Source: the human T2T-CHM13v2.0 reference genome, Homo sapiens
Assembly (NCBI RefSeq): GCF_009914755.1
Contig: NC_060926.1
Reading direction: 5' to 3' (one strand)
Length of the DNA stretch: 64,000 nt
Each line of letters begins with the position of its first letter. Position 1 is the stretch's first letter. Shown piece after piece: positions 1-19,143 of this stretch. A model generated the notes under the pieces. The model worked only from the letters and a program-made list of their open reading frames with translations. It was not told where the DNA came from and ran no database searches. The position numbers and the translations under genes are program-made.

Positions 1-789
1 TTTCTATTACATTTAGCCATATCTTGTTTATTTTTTGTACATTTTGGCAATTATATTTTTAATTTTCAATACTTCTTGTTTTCTTTTTCATAGCAGCATT
101 TTTAGGGAAATGTAACCACTGTAGGTATGATTTCTTTATTGTTTTAAGTGTTTTTCAATGTCTTTTAATCAGCATTTAACTATCTTCAGGGCAATTTGCC
201 AATCTTAGCAACTGAATTTTCTTAAATACTGCTGGTCTTTGATTTTTCTGTTAGCATTTCTTTTTGAAGAAATAAATTAAAAATTTTCTGTAATTACAGA
301 GCATTTACTTCGGCAAAGAAAGAAAGTTTTGTCTCTTGCAGTGAATGTCAGATTCTGTTTAGAAGAGCTCTGCCTCTAAAAACTGCATGAGAGTGGGGAT
401 GTGGGGGTGTGGGGAATGGTAGTGATGGTTGTTGGCAGGAATGAGTATTGGGTGACCTACATGCTGTCTGGATGCATTATTATGTTTCAGTCAGCCAGTT
501 TGTTTTCTGGGTATGGTGACAGGGCCCACATTCTTCAGGTGAGCTGAGTTGACAGAGACTGCCCTTTAGTTTGACCCAATGCACATTTTTAGTTTTTTCT
601 TATATTTTTGTGATATACCTACAATATTTGCTTCTAGATTTGGGGAGGTCCAAATATCAGAGTCATTTACTGTAAGTGTGGAAAAATTCCCAGCTGATTT
701 TTCTTCTATTAATTACTTTCCCAAAGAAAATAATCTTCCTTTATCTTCCACTGGCTTTGATTTTGAGGTTATTCCTTGACTCCACTAAG

Positions 790-895
790 AAAACTCACTG
801 TGAGGTTTTTGTCACCTACCTCAAAAAATTGGTGTTAAGAATTAAATGGAGCAATGCATATAGAGAACTTAGCGCATAAGTACTTATTAAATATT
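790..895 (+). mobile_element. MIR SINE 3' fragment
   Basis: 'cctacctca...gtgttaagaattaaatggagcaatgcatatagagaacttagc...tacttattaaat' resembles the MIR 3' half. Confidence 0.5.
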
Positions 896-1799
896 TGTGT
901 TACTGTAGATTTGGTTGTTTATAGCTATTATATCATTTAATAAATATAGGTACCAGAAAAATAGTAATTTCAGATATTAAAGTGAATAATTATTCCTTTA
1001 AGTAAACTGCTGAATAAGCACTTAGAACATCCCTGTGTATGCCACAGTTGTTTCCTGTTGCTGAAAACATAAATGATCTAATTTTGGCAAACAAGATTAT
1101 GTTAAGCTGGGTTTAAACACATTCACATTTTGTAGAGAAAACTGACCACGAAGTTATATGGTCATATTACGTGGGCATAAACACCTGAAATTGGTTTTTC
1201 CAACATAAGTATAAAAAAGCAATCTTTGATATTCAGAGCTTTATTTATGAGTCATTCTTTTTCATATTAAAAATAACCTCCATTTTGAAAGTTTCAGCTT
1301 TTGATTTAATTCTAAACATAGGCAACGTTCTAAGTTTTAATTTTAACAAAAGATATAGATTCTAGGAAAATGTCTTTATTTCATGCACTCTAAAATGTTT
1401 GTTCTTGGTATATAATTCATATTAATTTCTACTGGAGGCAAAAGCAATAACCAGAGAAGACGTTAGAGAAAATAATTCAGTGCAATCTCTGTTTTTAGTT
1501 TGAACTGCAGCTGTAATGGAAAAAACAAGAGATATAGAAGGAAATGTAATTCCGAAACATTAATGACTAAGATTCTGAATTTATTTTACATACTAAGTGC
1601 TTTTATTTAGGTGAGCTGATGTTTCCTGTCAATATAAATGTTCACATGAGGTAAGGGAGAATACAAATTGATTTATCCAAATATCGCCACTTTTACTAGT
1701 TTTATCTCTACTTCTGTAAAGTCAAATGATTATTCCAAAAAATGTATGTAAAAAGCTTAACCACAACTATCTACATATCCTTAATATCCCCTTAATATT

Positions 1800-2250
1800 T
1801 TTTCCATTGTAATTGAAGTATAATTTACATTCAGCTATAAAACAATGTATTTTTAGTTTACACATCAAGGGGTTTCAGTAAATTTGTAAAATTCTGCAAC
1901 TATAATCACAACCACTTTTCAGAATAATTAAATCACCCCCAAAGTGCCTTCCAATCCTTTTATATTTAATCTCTACCCCACCACCATGTCTAGGTACACA
2001 TTGATCTATTTTTGCTGTAGTAGTTTTGCTTTTACTAGAAATTTCATATACATGGAATTATTTAATAAGTGATTGTCCCTAGCTTCTTTCAATTAACACA
2101 ATATTTTTTAAAGTTATCCATATTGCTGCACTTATTAATAGTTTGCTATTTCTTTATTCTAAGTAGTATTTTATTGCATGAACATACCATATTTTATCTA
2201 TTTGACATTGGATGAATAGTTGCATTATTCCAGTTTTGGGCTACTGGATA
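1800..2250 (-). mobile_element. Ancient L1M (L1MB/MC-like) 3' UTR fragment
   Basis: 'aattgaagtataatttacat...atttcatatacatggaatta...tagtattttattgcatg' is typical of the antisense L1M 3' end. Confidence 0.6.
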
Positions 2251-2380
2251 CTGCAGGAGTAAGGTGATATCTCATTGTGGTTTTAATTTGCATTTTGCTG
2301 ATGATTAGTGATGTTGAGCATTTCTTCAGAACAGATGTGTTTATCACACATCTGTATATCTTCTTTTGAGAAATAGCTAT

Positions 2381-2727
2381 TGATTTGGTTTGGCTGTGTC
2401 CCCACCCAAATCTCATCTTTAATTGTAGCTCCCATAATTCCCATGTGTCATGGGAGGGACCTGGTGGGAGGTAATTGAATCATGGTGGTGGATCTTTTCC
2501 CTACCGTTCTGGTAGTGAATGAGTCTCATGAGATCTCATGGTTTTATAAATAGGAGCTTCCCTGCACAAGCTCTCTCTTCTCTTCTGCCTGCTTCCCCCT
2601 TGCTTTCTACCATGACTGTGAGGCCTCCCCAGCCCTGTGGAACTGTGAGTCAATTAAATCTCTTTCCTTTAAAAATTACCCAGTCCCAAATATGTCTTTA
2701 TTAGCAATGTGAGAACAGACTAATACA
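2381..2727 (+). mobile_element. THE1 (ERVL-MaLR) solo LTR, THE1B/C-like
   Basis: TG...CA ends (tgatttggtttggctgtgtccccacccaaatctc ... gagaacagactaataca); 5-bp TSD gctat/tctat. Confidence 0.92.
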
Positions 2728-4122
2728 TCTATTTATGTATTTTGCCTACTTTTGGATGGGGTTATTTTATTTATTTATTTTTTCCTGGTGATTTGTTTAA
2801 ATTCCTTATAGATTCTGGATACTAGTCCTTTGTTCGATACATAGCTTGCAAATATTTTCCTCCATTCTGTAGGGTGTACTTTCATTTGGTTGATTATTTT
2901 TTTCATTGTACAGAAGCTTTTTAGTTTAATTAGGTCCCACTTATTTATTTTTGTTTTTGTTGCATTGACTTTAGTGTCTTAGTCATGAATTCTTTGCCCT
3001 GGCCCTTGTTTAGAAGACATTTCCAATGTTGTCATCTAGAATTTTTTTGGTGTCAGGCCTTATATTTAAGTCTTTGATCCATCTTGAATTAATTTTTGTA
3101 TATGGTGAGAGATAGTGATCTAGTTTTTTTTCTTCTGCATGTGGCGTACCAGTTTTCCCAGCACTGTTTATTAAATATTGTGTCCATTATCCAATTTATG
3201 TTTTTGTATGCTTTGTTGAAGGTCAGTTGGCTGTATGTATTTGGCTTTATTTCTGGGTTTTCTATTCTGCTCTATTGGTCCATGTGCCTACTTTTCCATT
3301 GGTCTGTGTGCCTACTTTCATACCAGGACCATGCTGCTCTGGTAACTATTGCCTTGTAGTATAGTTTGAAATCTGGTAATGTGATGCCTCCAGATTTGTT
3401 CTTTTTCCTTAGGATTGCTTTGTCTATTTAGGCTCTTTAGTGTTTCCATATGAATTTTAGGATTGTTTTTTCCAATTCTGTGAAAAATGATATGGTATTT
3501 TGATGGGAATTGCATTGAATCTGTAGATTGCTTTTGGCAATATGGTCATTTTTACAATATTGATCAATGCTACTGATTTGTGTACAGTGATTTTGTAACC
3601 TGGGGCTTTACTGAATTTATTTATCAAATGTTAAGAGTCTTTTGGATAAGTCTTTAGGAGTTTCTAAGTATATATTCATATCATCTGCAAACAGTGATAG
3701 TTTGACTTCTTCTTTTCAAATTTGGATGCCCTTTATTTCTTTCTCTTGCCTAGCTGCTCTGGCTAGTACTACCAGAACTATGTAAAGTAGGAGTGGTGAA
3801 AGTGAGCATCCTTGTCTTGTTCCTGTTTTCAGGGGGAATGCTTTCAACTTTTCCCCATTCAGTATGACATTGACTGTAGATTTGTTACATATGGCTTTTA
3901 TTATTTTGAGGTAGGTCCCTTCTATGCATAGTTTGTTAAGAATTTTTATCACAAAGGGTGCTGGATTTTGTCAAATGCTTTTTCTGCATCCATGGATCCA
4001 TGGAGATGATCATTTGGTTTTGTTTTTAATTCTGTCTATGTGATATATTACATTTATTGAATGGCATATATTAAATCATTCCTGCATCCCTGAGATGAAA
4101 ACCAATTGATCATGATGAATTT

Positions 4123-4500
<378 letters not shown>

Positions 4501-4988
4501 ACAATTATAGTTCTAATGTGCTGTTGGATTCAGTTAGCTAGTATTTTTTTGAGAATTTTTGAATCTGTGTTCATCAAGGAGATTGGTCTGTAGTTTTCTT
4601 TTTTGTGTTTTTTTTTTTCTGGTTTTGTTATCAAGATAATATGAGCTTCATAAATGATTTAGGGAGGACTCCTTCTTTCTTCATCTTTTGGAATAATTCC
4701 AATAGGATTGGTAACAATTCTGCTTTGAATGCCTGGTAGAATTCAGCTGTGAATTAATCTGGTCCTGGAATTTTATTTGTTGGCAATGTTAAACTATTGA
4801 GTCTATCTCATTGCTTGTTATTAGTCTGTTCAAGGATTCTATTTCTTCCTGATTTAATCTAGGAAGGTTGTATGTTTCCAGCAATTTTTGCATTTCCTCT
4901 AGGTTTTCTAGTATGTGCACATAAAGGTGTTCATAGTGGTCTCAAATGATCTTTCGTATTTCTGTGGTGTCAATTATTATGTCCCTAG

Positions 4989-5329
<341 letters not shown>

Positions 5330-5710
5330 CCCAGTTTCATTTCTTCTTGAGCTTATTGGATCTTCTCTTCTATGCTTGATTAATCTAGCTAATGATCTGC
5401 TGATTTATTTTTTCAAAAAAACAGCTTTGTGTTTCATTGATCTTTTGTAGTTTTTTTTGTTTGAATTTCATTTAGTTCTCCTCTGATCTTTTTTATTTTT
5501 TTTTCTAGCTTTAGGTTAAGTTTGTTCTTATTTTTCTAGTTCCTTGAGGTGTAATATTAGCTTGTCAATTTGTGCTTTTTCATACTTTTGATTAAAGCAT
5601 TTAGTGCTATGAACTTTCCTCTAAGCACTGTTTTTGCTGTATCCCAGAGATTTTGATAACTTGTCACATTATTATTATTCAATTAAAATATTTGTTAAAT
5701 TTCCATCTTG

Positions 5711-10125
<4,415 letters not shown>

Positions 10126-10623
10126 TCCATCTTGTTTCATTGTTAACCCAGAATCTTTTGGAAGCAGATTATTTAATTTCCATATATTAGTATGATTTTG
10201 AGGGTTCTTTTTGTGGTTGATTTCTATTTGTATTCTGCTGTGGTGTGAGAAGATACTTGATAGAATTTCAATTTTTGAAAATTTATTGAGACTTGTTTTG
10301 TTGTCTATCATATGGTCTGTCTTGGAAAATGTTCCATGTGCTGATGAGAAGAATGTATATTCTGCAGATCTTGGGTAGAATATTCTGTAAATATCCATTA
10401 AGTTCATCTGTTCTAGCATGTCATTTAAGTCCATTGTTTCTCTGTTGACTTTCTGTCTTGAAGATCTCTCTAGTGTTGTCAGTGGGGTACTAAAGTCTCC
10501 CACTATTATTGTTTGTCTGTCTATCTCATTTCTTAGGCCTAGTAGTAATTGTTTTATGAATCCAGGATCTCCAGTGTTTGGTGCATATAAATTTAGGATT
10601 ATAATATCATCTTGTTGAATTTA

Positions 10624-11082
<459 letters not shown>

Positions 11083-11629
11083 TTATATGAATTCTTCTGT
11101 GTTAGGTGAGTCTCTTAAAGACAGTAACTATTTGGATTCTGATTTTTTTTTTTTTAATCAGTTCTGCCCTTCTGTATCTTTCAAATGGAGTATTTAGGCC
11201 ATTTATATTCAACGGTAATATGGAGATGTGAGGTACTATTCTCTTCATTAAATTGATTTTTACCTAGCTTTTTACTGTTTTGTGTTCTTGTTTTATAGAC
11301 CCTGAGAATTTCAACCTTTCAAGATGTTCTATTTTGTGCATATTAGGCATTTGTTTAAAGGTTTTGTATTCCTGTTAGGATTTTTGTAATGCTGGTTTAG
11401 TAGTGACAAATCCCCTCAGCTTTTGTTTGTCTGAAAATGATTTTATTTCTCCTTCATTTATTAAACTTGGTTTTGTGGGATTCAAAATTCTTGGCTGACA
11501 GTCGCTCTGTTTAAGGAGGTTAAAGACAGAACTCCAATTCCTTCTGGCTCCTGCTGAGAAGTCTGCAGATAGGTTTTTCCTTGCAGTTTACCGGATGTTT
11601 TTGTCTACTGCTTTTAGAATAGACTGCAT

Positions 11630-12310
11630 TTTAATATTTCCAAAGCTTGTTTTAAAATTCTCTTTATGATTTCCTCTTTGACACCTAGGGTATTTAAGTA
11701 TATCGTTTTTTAAAAAATTTCTGGGATTTCCCATTTTTCTGTTATTGATGTCTAACCTAATTTCATTGTGCTCACAGAATGTCTTTTATTGAAGATATTG
11801 AAAAATCTTAAATGCCTTTTATATGGTCTATACTGAAGAATGTTCTAGGTAAACTTGAACATTATGTGGATTTTATTATATAAATCAATTCAATCAACTT
11901 TAATAATGTTAAAGTTTCCCATGTTCTTACTGGTTTTCTGTCTTTTTAGTCTGTCAAATTTACTGCATTATTTTGGAACTGTTGTCATGATATTGTCATT
12001 ATGAAATATCTCTCTATACATGTAAAAATATTCCTGTCTTAAAGTCTACATTGTCTGACATTAATATATCTACACCAGTTCTTATTGTTTTGATTGAATG
12101 ATGTCTTTTTTATTCCTTTATTTTATGTTTTTGTGGCTCTGAAATTAAAATGCTTCTTTTTCGGATTACCTATAATTGTATCTTGACTGTTTTATTCAGT
12201 TTGGCAATCTCTGACTTGGCATTTTGAAGCATTTAGTATATTTACATTCAAGATAATTAATATAAGTTTTGAAATAAGGTTTTTGCCATTTTTTATTTGG
12301 TTTCTAGATG
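11630..12310 (-). mobile_element. Ancient L1M ORF2 5' (endonuclease) fragment
   Basis: ORF 12192-12377 contains IILNVNILN..RDCQTE, a decayed ORF2 N-terminus. Confidence 0.55.
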
Positions 12311-12459
12311 CCTTGCTGTGATTTATGTCATTATAGTTTCTATTTTGGTTTTGATGCCCTACCTTGAGACTGGCCATATGATTTAGCCCTGTCCTAATGA
12401 GAAATTCCAGGAATTTTGTTGTGGATCATTTATAATATGTCTTTTATGAGATTTTTTTT

Positions 12460-13155
12460 TTAAACCTGGCAGATGGCCCAGTGCTTAAATGTCTCACCCA
12501 TAACCAGGTGTCTTTCTCACAGGAAAATTGTTTATACTGTCAGACCCCTTTGTAGCTTTTGTCTGACCTGTGTTCAATTTCTTCTTTCCAAGAATAAAAC
12601 TACTCTCTAAGAGATAACACTGACCAGAAAGGTTAGGTTTAGATTTAGGTGGGTTGGTTAAATGAGACACAATGAGGAGGCAAAAACAAAATGCATGACA
12701 CTGAAGAAAGATATTACTTACAGTTCCCAGAAAGATTAGAGGTGATGATATGGGGGGCAATGGGAAGTCCAGATGTGGCAGGGAACTCAAGCAGTGAATA
12801 GGAAGCAGGAGAGGACCTGTGGAACTACACCTTCATTAAGGTCCATGATCATTATCCCTTAGACATTCACACAGGAGTTGTGATTAGCTGTTTTAAAGAT
12901 GGAGTGTGAAGGGAGAAGTCATTTACATAATTCTGGCATTAAACATTAGGTTTTATCATATTCAGTAGTAGCTGTGGGTGGTTTGGTTGTTGAGTCAATG
13001 GGATAAGGAACAAGTGGACTATATTACAAACAATCACATGGGGAGGGGAAGTTTTAAGCCAAAGGTTACAGGTACAACTGAGTTTTAAGCAACTTATATC
13101 AAACTGAAAAATGGATGTCAAGGAAGTAACTTCATTAAAGAAATTTATGACATGT
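12460..13155. mobile_element. Probable old LTR (ERVL-type, subfamily not determined)
   Basis: More GC-rich block interrupting L1M sequence; motif tgtctgacctgtgt...ctactctctaagaga recalls old ERVL LTRs. Confidence 0.4.
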
Positions 13156-13822
13156 CTCATATCTTTGTTATTCCTAACATTTTTACTCTTGTTTCTGCTT
13201 TGTGTTAAACAAATATTTTTAGTGTATCCTTTTATTTTCTGAATTTTTAGCTATATATATATATATATATGTTTGAATTTTTTTTTTGCATGGACTGCAA
13301 TATGCTTCTTTGATTTAATCATAGTTTATTTTAGGCTAGCAGTCTCTTAATTCTGGTAAATTATAGGAATTATGTCTAGCATAGCTGTATTTTGTCATTT
13401 TTGTGCTATTATTGTCATCTATATTTCATCTAGATTTGTTAAAAATTCAAAAATACTGTGCAATATTATCCATCAATTATGTGTTGCTTAAACAAATTTA
13501 ATAATGTTTAATGGTAACAACTTTGAATTTTTTTATTTTTGTGAGGGTAATTGTTTCTTTTTTTTAAACTTAAATGAAAAAATCTCTGTCTTTCAAAGCA
13601 TGCTGTCACTGATATGTCTGCTCAGTTATTTTTTTAACATTTTTATTTTTAATTATAGTTCTCAAAAGTCACACGTGTGACTATGTTTAGTTTTTAGCCA
13701 ATAATGTGGGCAAATTTTGATAACACATTCGTGCCTCAAGGCTTTCCTTCTCTGTGAACTCAATTATATGTACCTGGAGAAATTTATTCAAAGTTGCAGC
13801 CAAATTTCAAGTCTCCATTGGC

Positions 13823-13853
<31 letters not shown>

Positions 13854-16036
13854 CCAGAATCTCTCAGATCTCTCTCAAGCATTTATAATTTAAAGTTAGC
13901 TCGGGATATACAGAGACCTTATTTAACAAATTCTATGCTACTCTCACTTCCACAATTTCTAAATTAATTTTTACTTGTTCTGCTGCTTGTCCTGTCCTGA
14001 AAAACAGAGCTGTGGCTTCTGAGATAGTCCTTCCTCACTGGAAGCCATGAAATCCATGGGTCACTCTACTTCTTCTCAGATTAAATCCTCCACCTCTGTT
14101 GACAAAGCTGCTGGTTTTGTGGCCAGCCATAAAGGAGTAAATACATAGTGTTCACCTGGAGGGCTGGCAGTAGGGAAAATGGGAGCCATTATAAGCAAGA
14201 AGTACATTAACTTCATTCTTGCTCAATGACATAGCAGTTTATCAAGGAGGAATCCTCCTCAGTTGTTGCCAGCCTGTGCTTAACTTTGCTGTCTAAGTTT
14301 CATTGAAATGGTTGTTTTTCGAAATAGGTAAAGTTCATGTCTTCCTGAGCTGTTCAACAATGACCATCTAATGTTATCAAGTTAGCAACAAATCAATAGG
14401 TAGATATAAGGAAAGTGACGCTCGGAGATACTAAAGGCATCTTGAATGTATTTTAGCCTTTGGGTTCTATAGGAATTTTCTGAAAGCTGTTGACCTTTTG
14501 AGCAAACATTGCAAACTAACGATTCTGTGCATAGGTTCTAAGAGTTAGTTATCTAAAGTGACACCAAAAATTACCAACGGATTTAAACAATGAGACAACT
14601 GCAGAAAGTATGTGGCCAACAAAAAGAACTGTAATTTGAATAGCAATAATGACTAGACTTGGAAGACTTTAGGATTCAAAAGTGCTGGCCTATGTATCAT
14701 CCCATCTTTGAGAAAGAATACTGGAAGTCTCCATTATCTAATTAATATAAAAATGAAGGCAAATTCTTGACCTTAGGTTGTCATTTATAAATGTAGGGAA
14801 ATATTTTTAATATAGAGTTTGAAAGTCTTTTGTAGTCTCAAGTAAAAATACAAAAAGACAAAAGATCATGATATTTCAGAGTAGGTATGACCTGAGGAGA
14901 TGAATTTTAAAATAATTTTGAAACAAAAAAAGAAAATTAAAAAAAATTTAATATCGATCACAGCTTTGCTTTGAACTAGTACATCACTGGGGAAAGGCGA
15001 AATCAATGGGTGTGTGTCCAACAACTGAAGGGAAAGTGGAAGTAAATCACAGGAATGTCAGTTCTTAGATAATGTAAAATTGAGTAACTAAAAATATTCA
15101 ATTTGTCCAATGATCAAACCCTTTCTAGAATGAGCAGGCTAAGTCAGATTTTTTTGAATTCTATAAAGACTGGACTTCCAGGAGTGGTTTGCCTGGTTCT
15201 TTAAACTGCCTTATCACACTTTGTCAAACTGCAAGACAATTAGGTTGTCTTTTTTTTTTTTTCCAAAAGTTTAGATTGATAGAAATTGTTTGTAATTAAA
15301 ATATTAAGTTAAATTAGACTAATCCAATTTTTATAACATCATACAAACATAAGCATCTCAAAGTGGAAAGTCATGTTTCCATTAGATATTGGTTTCAGCT
15401 AAGCATGAACAACTAAAATGAATTTAAAAAGCTCACTGTCATTTGTTCAGTTTGCTAGGATTCATTTTTATCCACTGCAAATAAAGTTGAAATTCATACA
15501 ATTACCTAAAATATTTTCAAGTGATGTGGTATTGTCTAGATTGGGGCAAGAGAGTCCTGGAAATAAGCCACAGCTATGACCCTTGGAAGCCTTATTTTTT
15601 GACAATTTTTAAACCGCATTATAACTTAGTTCCCTAATATAAATGTGAATGATAGTACTTACCTTCTAGAGTTATTTTACAAATTCTTAAGATAATTTAT
15701 TTCATTCATTAACTACATTTTGGGCATTTAACAAGCACTGTCCCCTTTGCCACTAAGAACCCAGAACTATGAGAAAAACTGGTGAAATGTTTAACGAGAT
15801 GCCATGTTTCAAAAATTAGAAATGGACAAACAAGACAAAACTAACGTTACCTGCAGAGTCTGCAAAAGGTGACTGGAACTACTTATGCAGTCTCTTTAGA
15901 CTTGGAATAGAATTGAGTGATTGAAACTATACACCAGTAGCTATGTGATCTTTATGCAAGTGGGGACATATCAATCATATTGCCTGCTATTTCAGCAAGA
16001 GCTAATATATAAAATGTTTAATTTAAGATTTATTTT

Positions 16037-16388
<352 letters not shown>

Positions 16389-16766
16389 CTAAAACATGTT
16401 AGAGATTTTTAATGTTAGCTTGTGAGAAGAAATAAAAATAGCTAGCAAATGACTGTAAACGTGCTGGTATTTATACCTAAGGCTTCTTATAAAGGGATCT
16501 ATTTCTTGCCGATGAGGAAGATACAATTCACAAAAGAAATTCAAAGTCAATGCATTTTTGTTCTTTCAGACACTTTCGGGAACTTTAAAAGATGCCTACC
16601 ACCATTTGTCTCTCATGAAGATGTGAACTGCGACTGGAAACAGCTCAGTCTCTCACAGGTGACACAGACAACTCCAATAACCAATTTACCGTAACATTGT
16701 GACATAATCTCTTGTCTTCTCTAGTCTGTCTAAAAATTAACACCCCACACTAAGCTTCAAAAATCT

Positions 16767-16797
16767 CACACACACACACACACACACGCACACACAC
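16767..16797. repeat. (CA)n microsatellite, left flank of the LTR
   Basis: Seen directly. Confidence 0.95.
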
Positions 16798-17185
16798 TGA
16801 TAGGGTTTGGCTGCGTCCCAACCCAAAATCTCACCTTGAATTATAATCCCCATAAGCCCCACGTGCCAAGGGTGGGACCAGGTGGAGGTAATTGGATCGT
16901 GGGGGCAGTTTGCTGCGTGGCATTCTTGTGATAGTGAGTGAGTCTCATGAGATCTGATGATTTTACAAGCATCCAGCATTTCCCCTGCTTGCACTCACTC
17001 TATCCTGCCACCCTGTGAAGAAGGTGCCTGCTTCTTCTTTGTCTTTAGACTTGGAATAGAATTACCATGTTTGTAAGTTTCCAGAGGCCTCCCTAGCAAT
17101 GCGGAACTGTGAGTCAATTAAACCTCTTTCGTTTATAAATTACCCAGTATTGGGTATTTCTTCATAGCAGCATGAGAACGGACTA

Positions 17186-17190
<5 letters not shown>
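16798..17190 (+). mobile_element. THE1D-like (MaLR) solo LTR
   Basis: tgatagggtttggctg...gagaacggactaacaca; internal gaactgtgagtcaattaaacctctt motif. Confidence 0.92.

Positions 17191-17217
<27 letters not shown>
17191..17217. repeat. (CA)n microsatellite, right flank of the LTR
   Basis: Seen directly. Confidence 0.95.
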
Positions 17218-18149
17218 CCCGATGTAGAAAATTCTATTTTTGGTCTAATTTTCTGGTGTAAAATGTTTGGACATACGCAGACAACATTAAATTTATCTAT
17301 AAAATGAAGTAGAAAGTTGTTAATTATATTATTAATCTGATAAATACAGAAAACCTAACCTAATAACTTAATGATTTAGGAAAATAAATTGTCAGAGACA
17401 GCTGTAGTTGAAATATCTATTTTTCCATATGGCAGTATGAAACAGTGCCACACATTTTTGTCTCACCAGAATGAGAAATAGTCACTGAATGTAATTTTCT
17501 CCTAACAGTGTTTGATTATTCATCAATAAAGATGAGTATGCAAAGGTGTTTGTAATAAGCTTCAAAATGTAATTTTCAAACTTGAACATTTTTATACAAA
17601 CATAAATTTTTTGGCCTTAAGGATTTTTAAATATAATGCCAAATAAGCGGACATCCTTATGTTTTAGAACTGATAGATAAAACCTATTATTCTGCAGCCA
17701 CTTCAAGCACAATCAATCAAACTGGCAAAATGTGTTTGATAACAGAAGAGTAGGCAACAACATCATTTAAAATATGAAAACTATGAATGGCCATGTATTA
17801 TTTGAAACAAAATTACCACTTTACTTTTTATTCTTCCATATAACTTAGCTATTGAACTACAAATAACACCTATCAAAATCATAAACTTTTAATTAATATG
17901 GGATCATGACTTTTTGTAAAGAAAATTATTCTTAATAAAGATGAAGGGGAAACATCAATATTTTATTAAATAACATGGTTTAATAGAGTTCAGTTTTCAT
18001 TAATCACTATTCACTTGGCCTTTAGGTAATTTTTCTTTATTAAAGTTTATCTCCCATTTTTTTTTTAAATTCTCAACCAATTATATTACCTGCATAAGAC
18101 CCGTTCCATGAAAGAAGTCTCGTAAGCAATTCAGTCAGCTGAAGAAACA

Positions 18150-18400
18150 CTGTAATCCAGTAGTGCTCTGATGTTGGAATAGAAGATATAAGGTTTTGAT
18201 TTCTGCCTTAATCAATTATGAGGTATATGCTGATAAAATTACTAAGCTTTCTAAGCCACAGTTTCCTCATCTTGACAATGGGCATAATACTAATTTCCTA
18301 TCTCATAGGGTTACTGTAAAGATTACAAAATATAATGTGTAGGAAGAAGCTATGACTGCGTTTGTAAGTATTAATCATTAAATAAATAGTTGCTGTTGCT
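18150..18400 (+). mobile_element. MIR SINE
   Basis: Core cagtttcctcatcttgacaatgggcataata...tctcatagggttactgtaaagatta. Confidence 0.8.
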
Positions 18401-18463
18401 ATTTAATATGATATTTATATAATTATCATACTTTGATACATTGTGTTTCACACATCATTTTTT

Positions 18464-19143
18464 TCCAGAAAAAATAATTAATAATTAAAGTTAATTAAAC
18501 TTTCTGACATACCTCTGCAACACCTTTTCCTACATTATTTGGCCATATATATTTTGATTACCTCCTTATGTGATGATGGCTTGGTATTCGCTTTTTATTT
18601 TTTTATTTTTTTATTTTATTTTTCTCCCAGTTTTGGATGTCAGAATTCTTTTTTTTTTTTAGATTTCAGATAATTTTCTCTTTATATTATTATTATTATA
18701 CTTTAAGTTCTAGGGTATATGTGCGCAACGTGCAGGTTTGTTACATATGTATACATGTGCCATGTTTGTGTGCTGCACCCATTAACTCGTCATTTATGTT
18801 AGGTATATCTCCTAATGCTATCCCTCCCCCTCCCCCCACTCCATGACAGGCCCCAGTATGTGATGTTCCCCTTCCTGTGTCCAAGTGTTCTCATTTTTCA
18901 ATTCCCACCTGTGAGTGAGAACATGCGGTGTTTGGTTTTCTGTCCTTGCGATAGTTTGCTGAGAATGATGGTTTCCAGCTTCATGCATGTCCCTACAAAG
19001 GACATGAACTCATCCTTTTTTATGGCTGCATAGTATTCCACAGTGTATATGTGCCACATTTTCTTAATCCAGTCTATCATTGATGGGCATTTGGGTTGGT
19101 TCCAAGTCTTTGCTATTGTGAATATTGCCACAATAAACATACA
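18464..19143 (-). mobile_element. 5'-truncated L1PA (approx. PA4-6; 18681-19143) with a ~220-bp 3' transduction (18464-18680)
   Basis: ORF2 C-terminus (18898-19140) and 3' UTR; TSD tcacacatcattt at 18448-18460 and 19144-19156. Confidence 0.88.
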
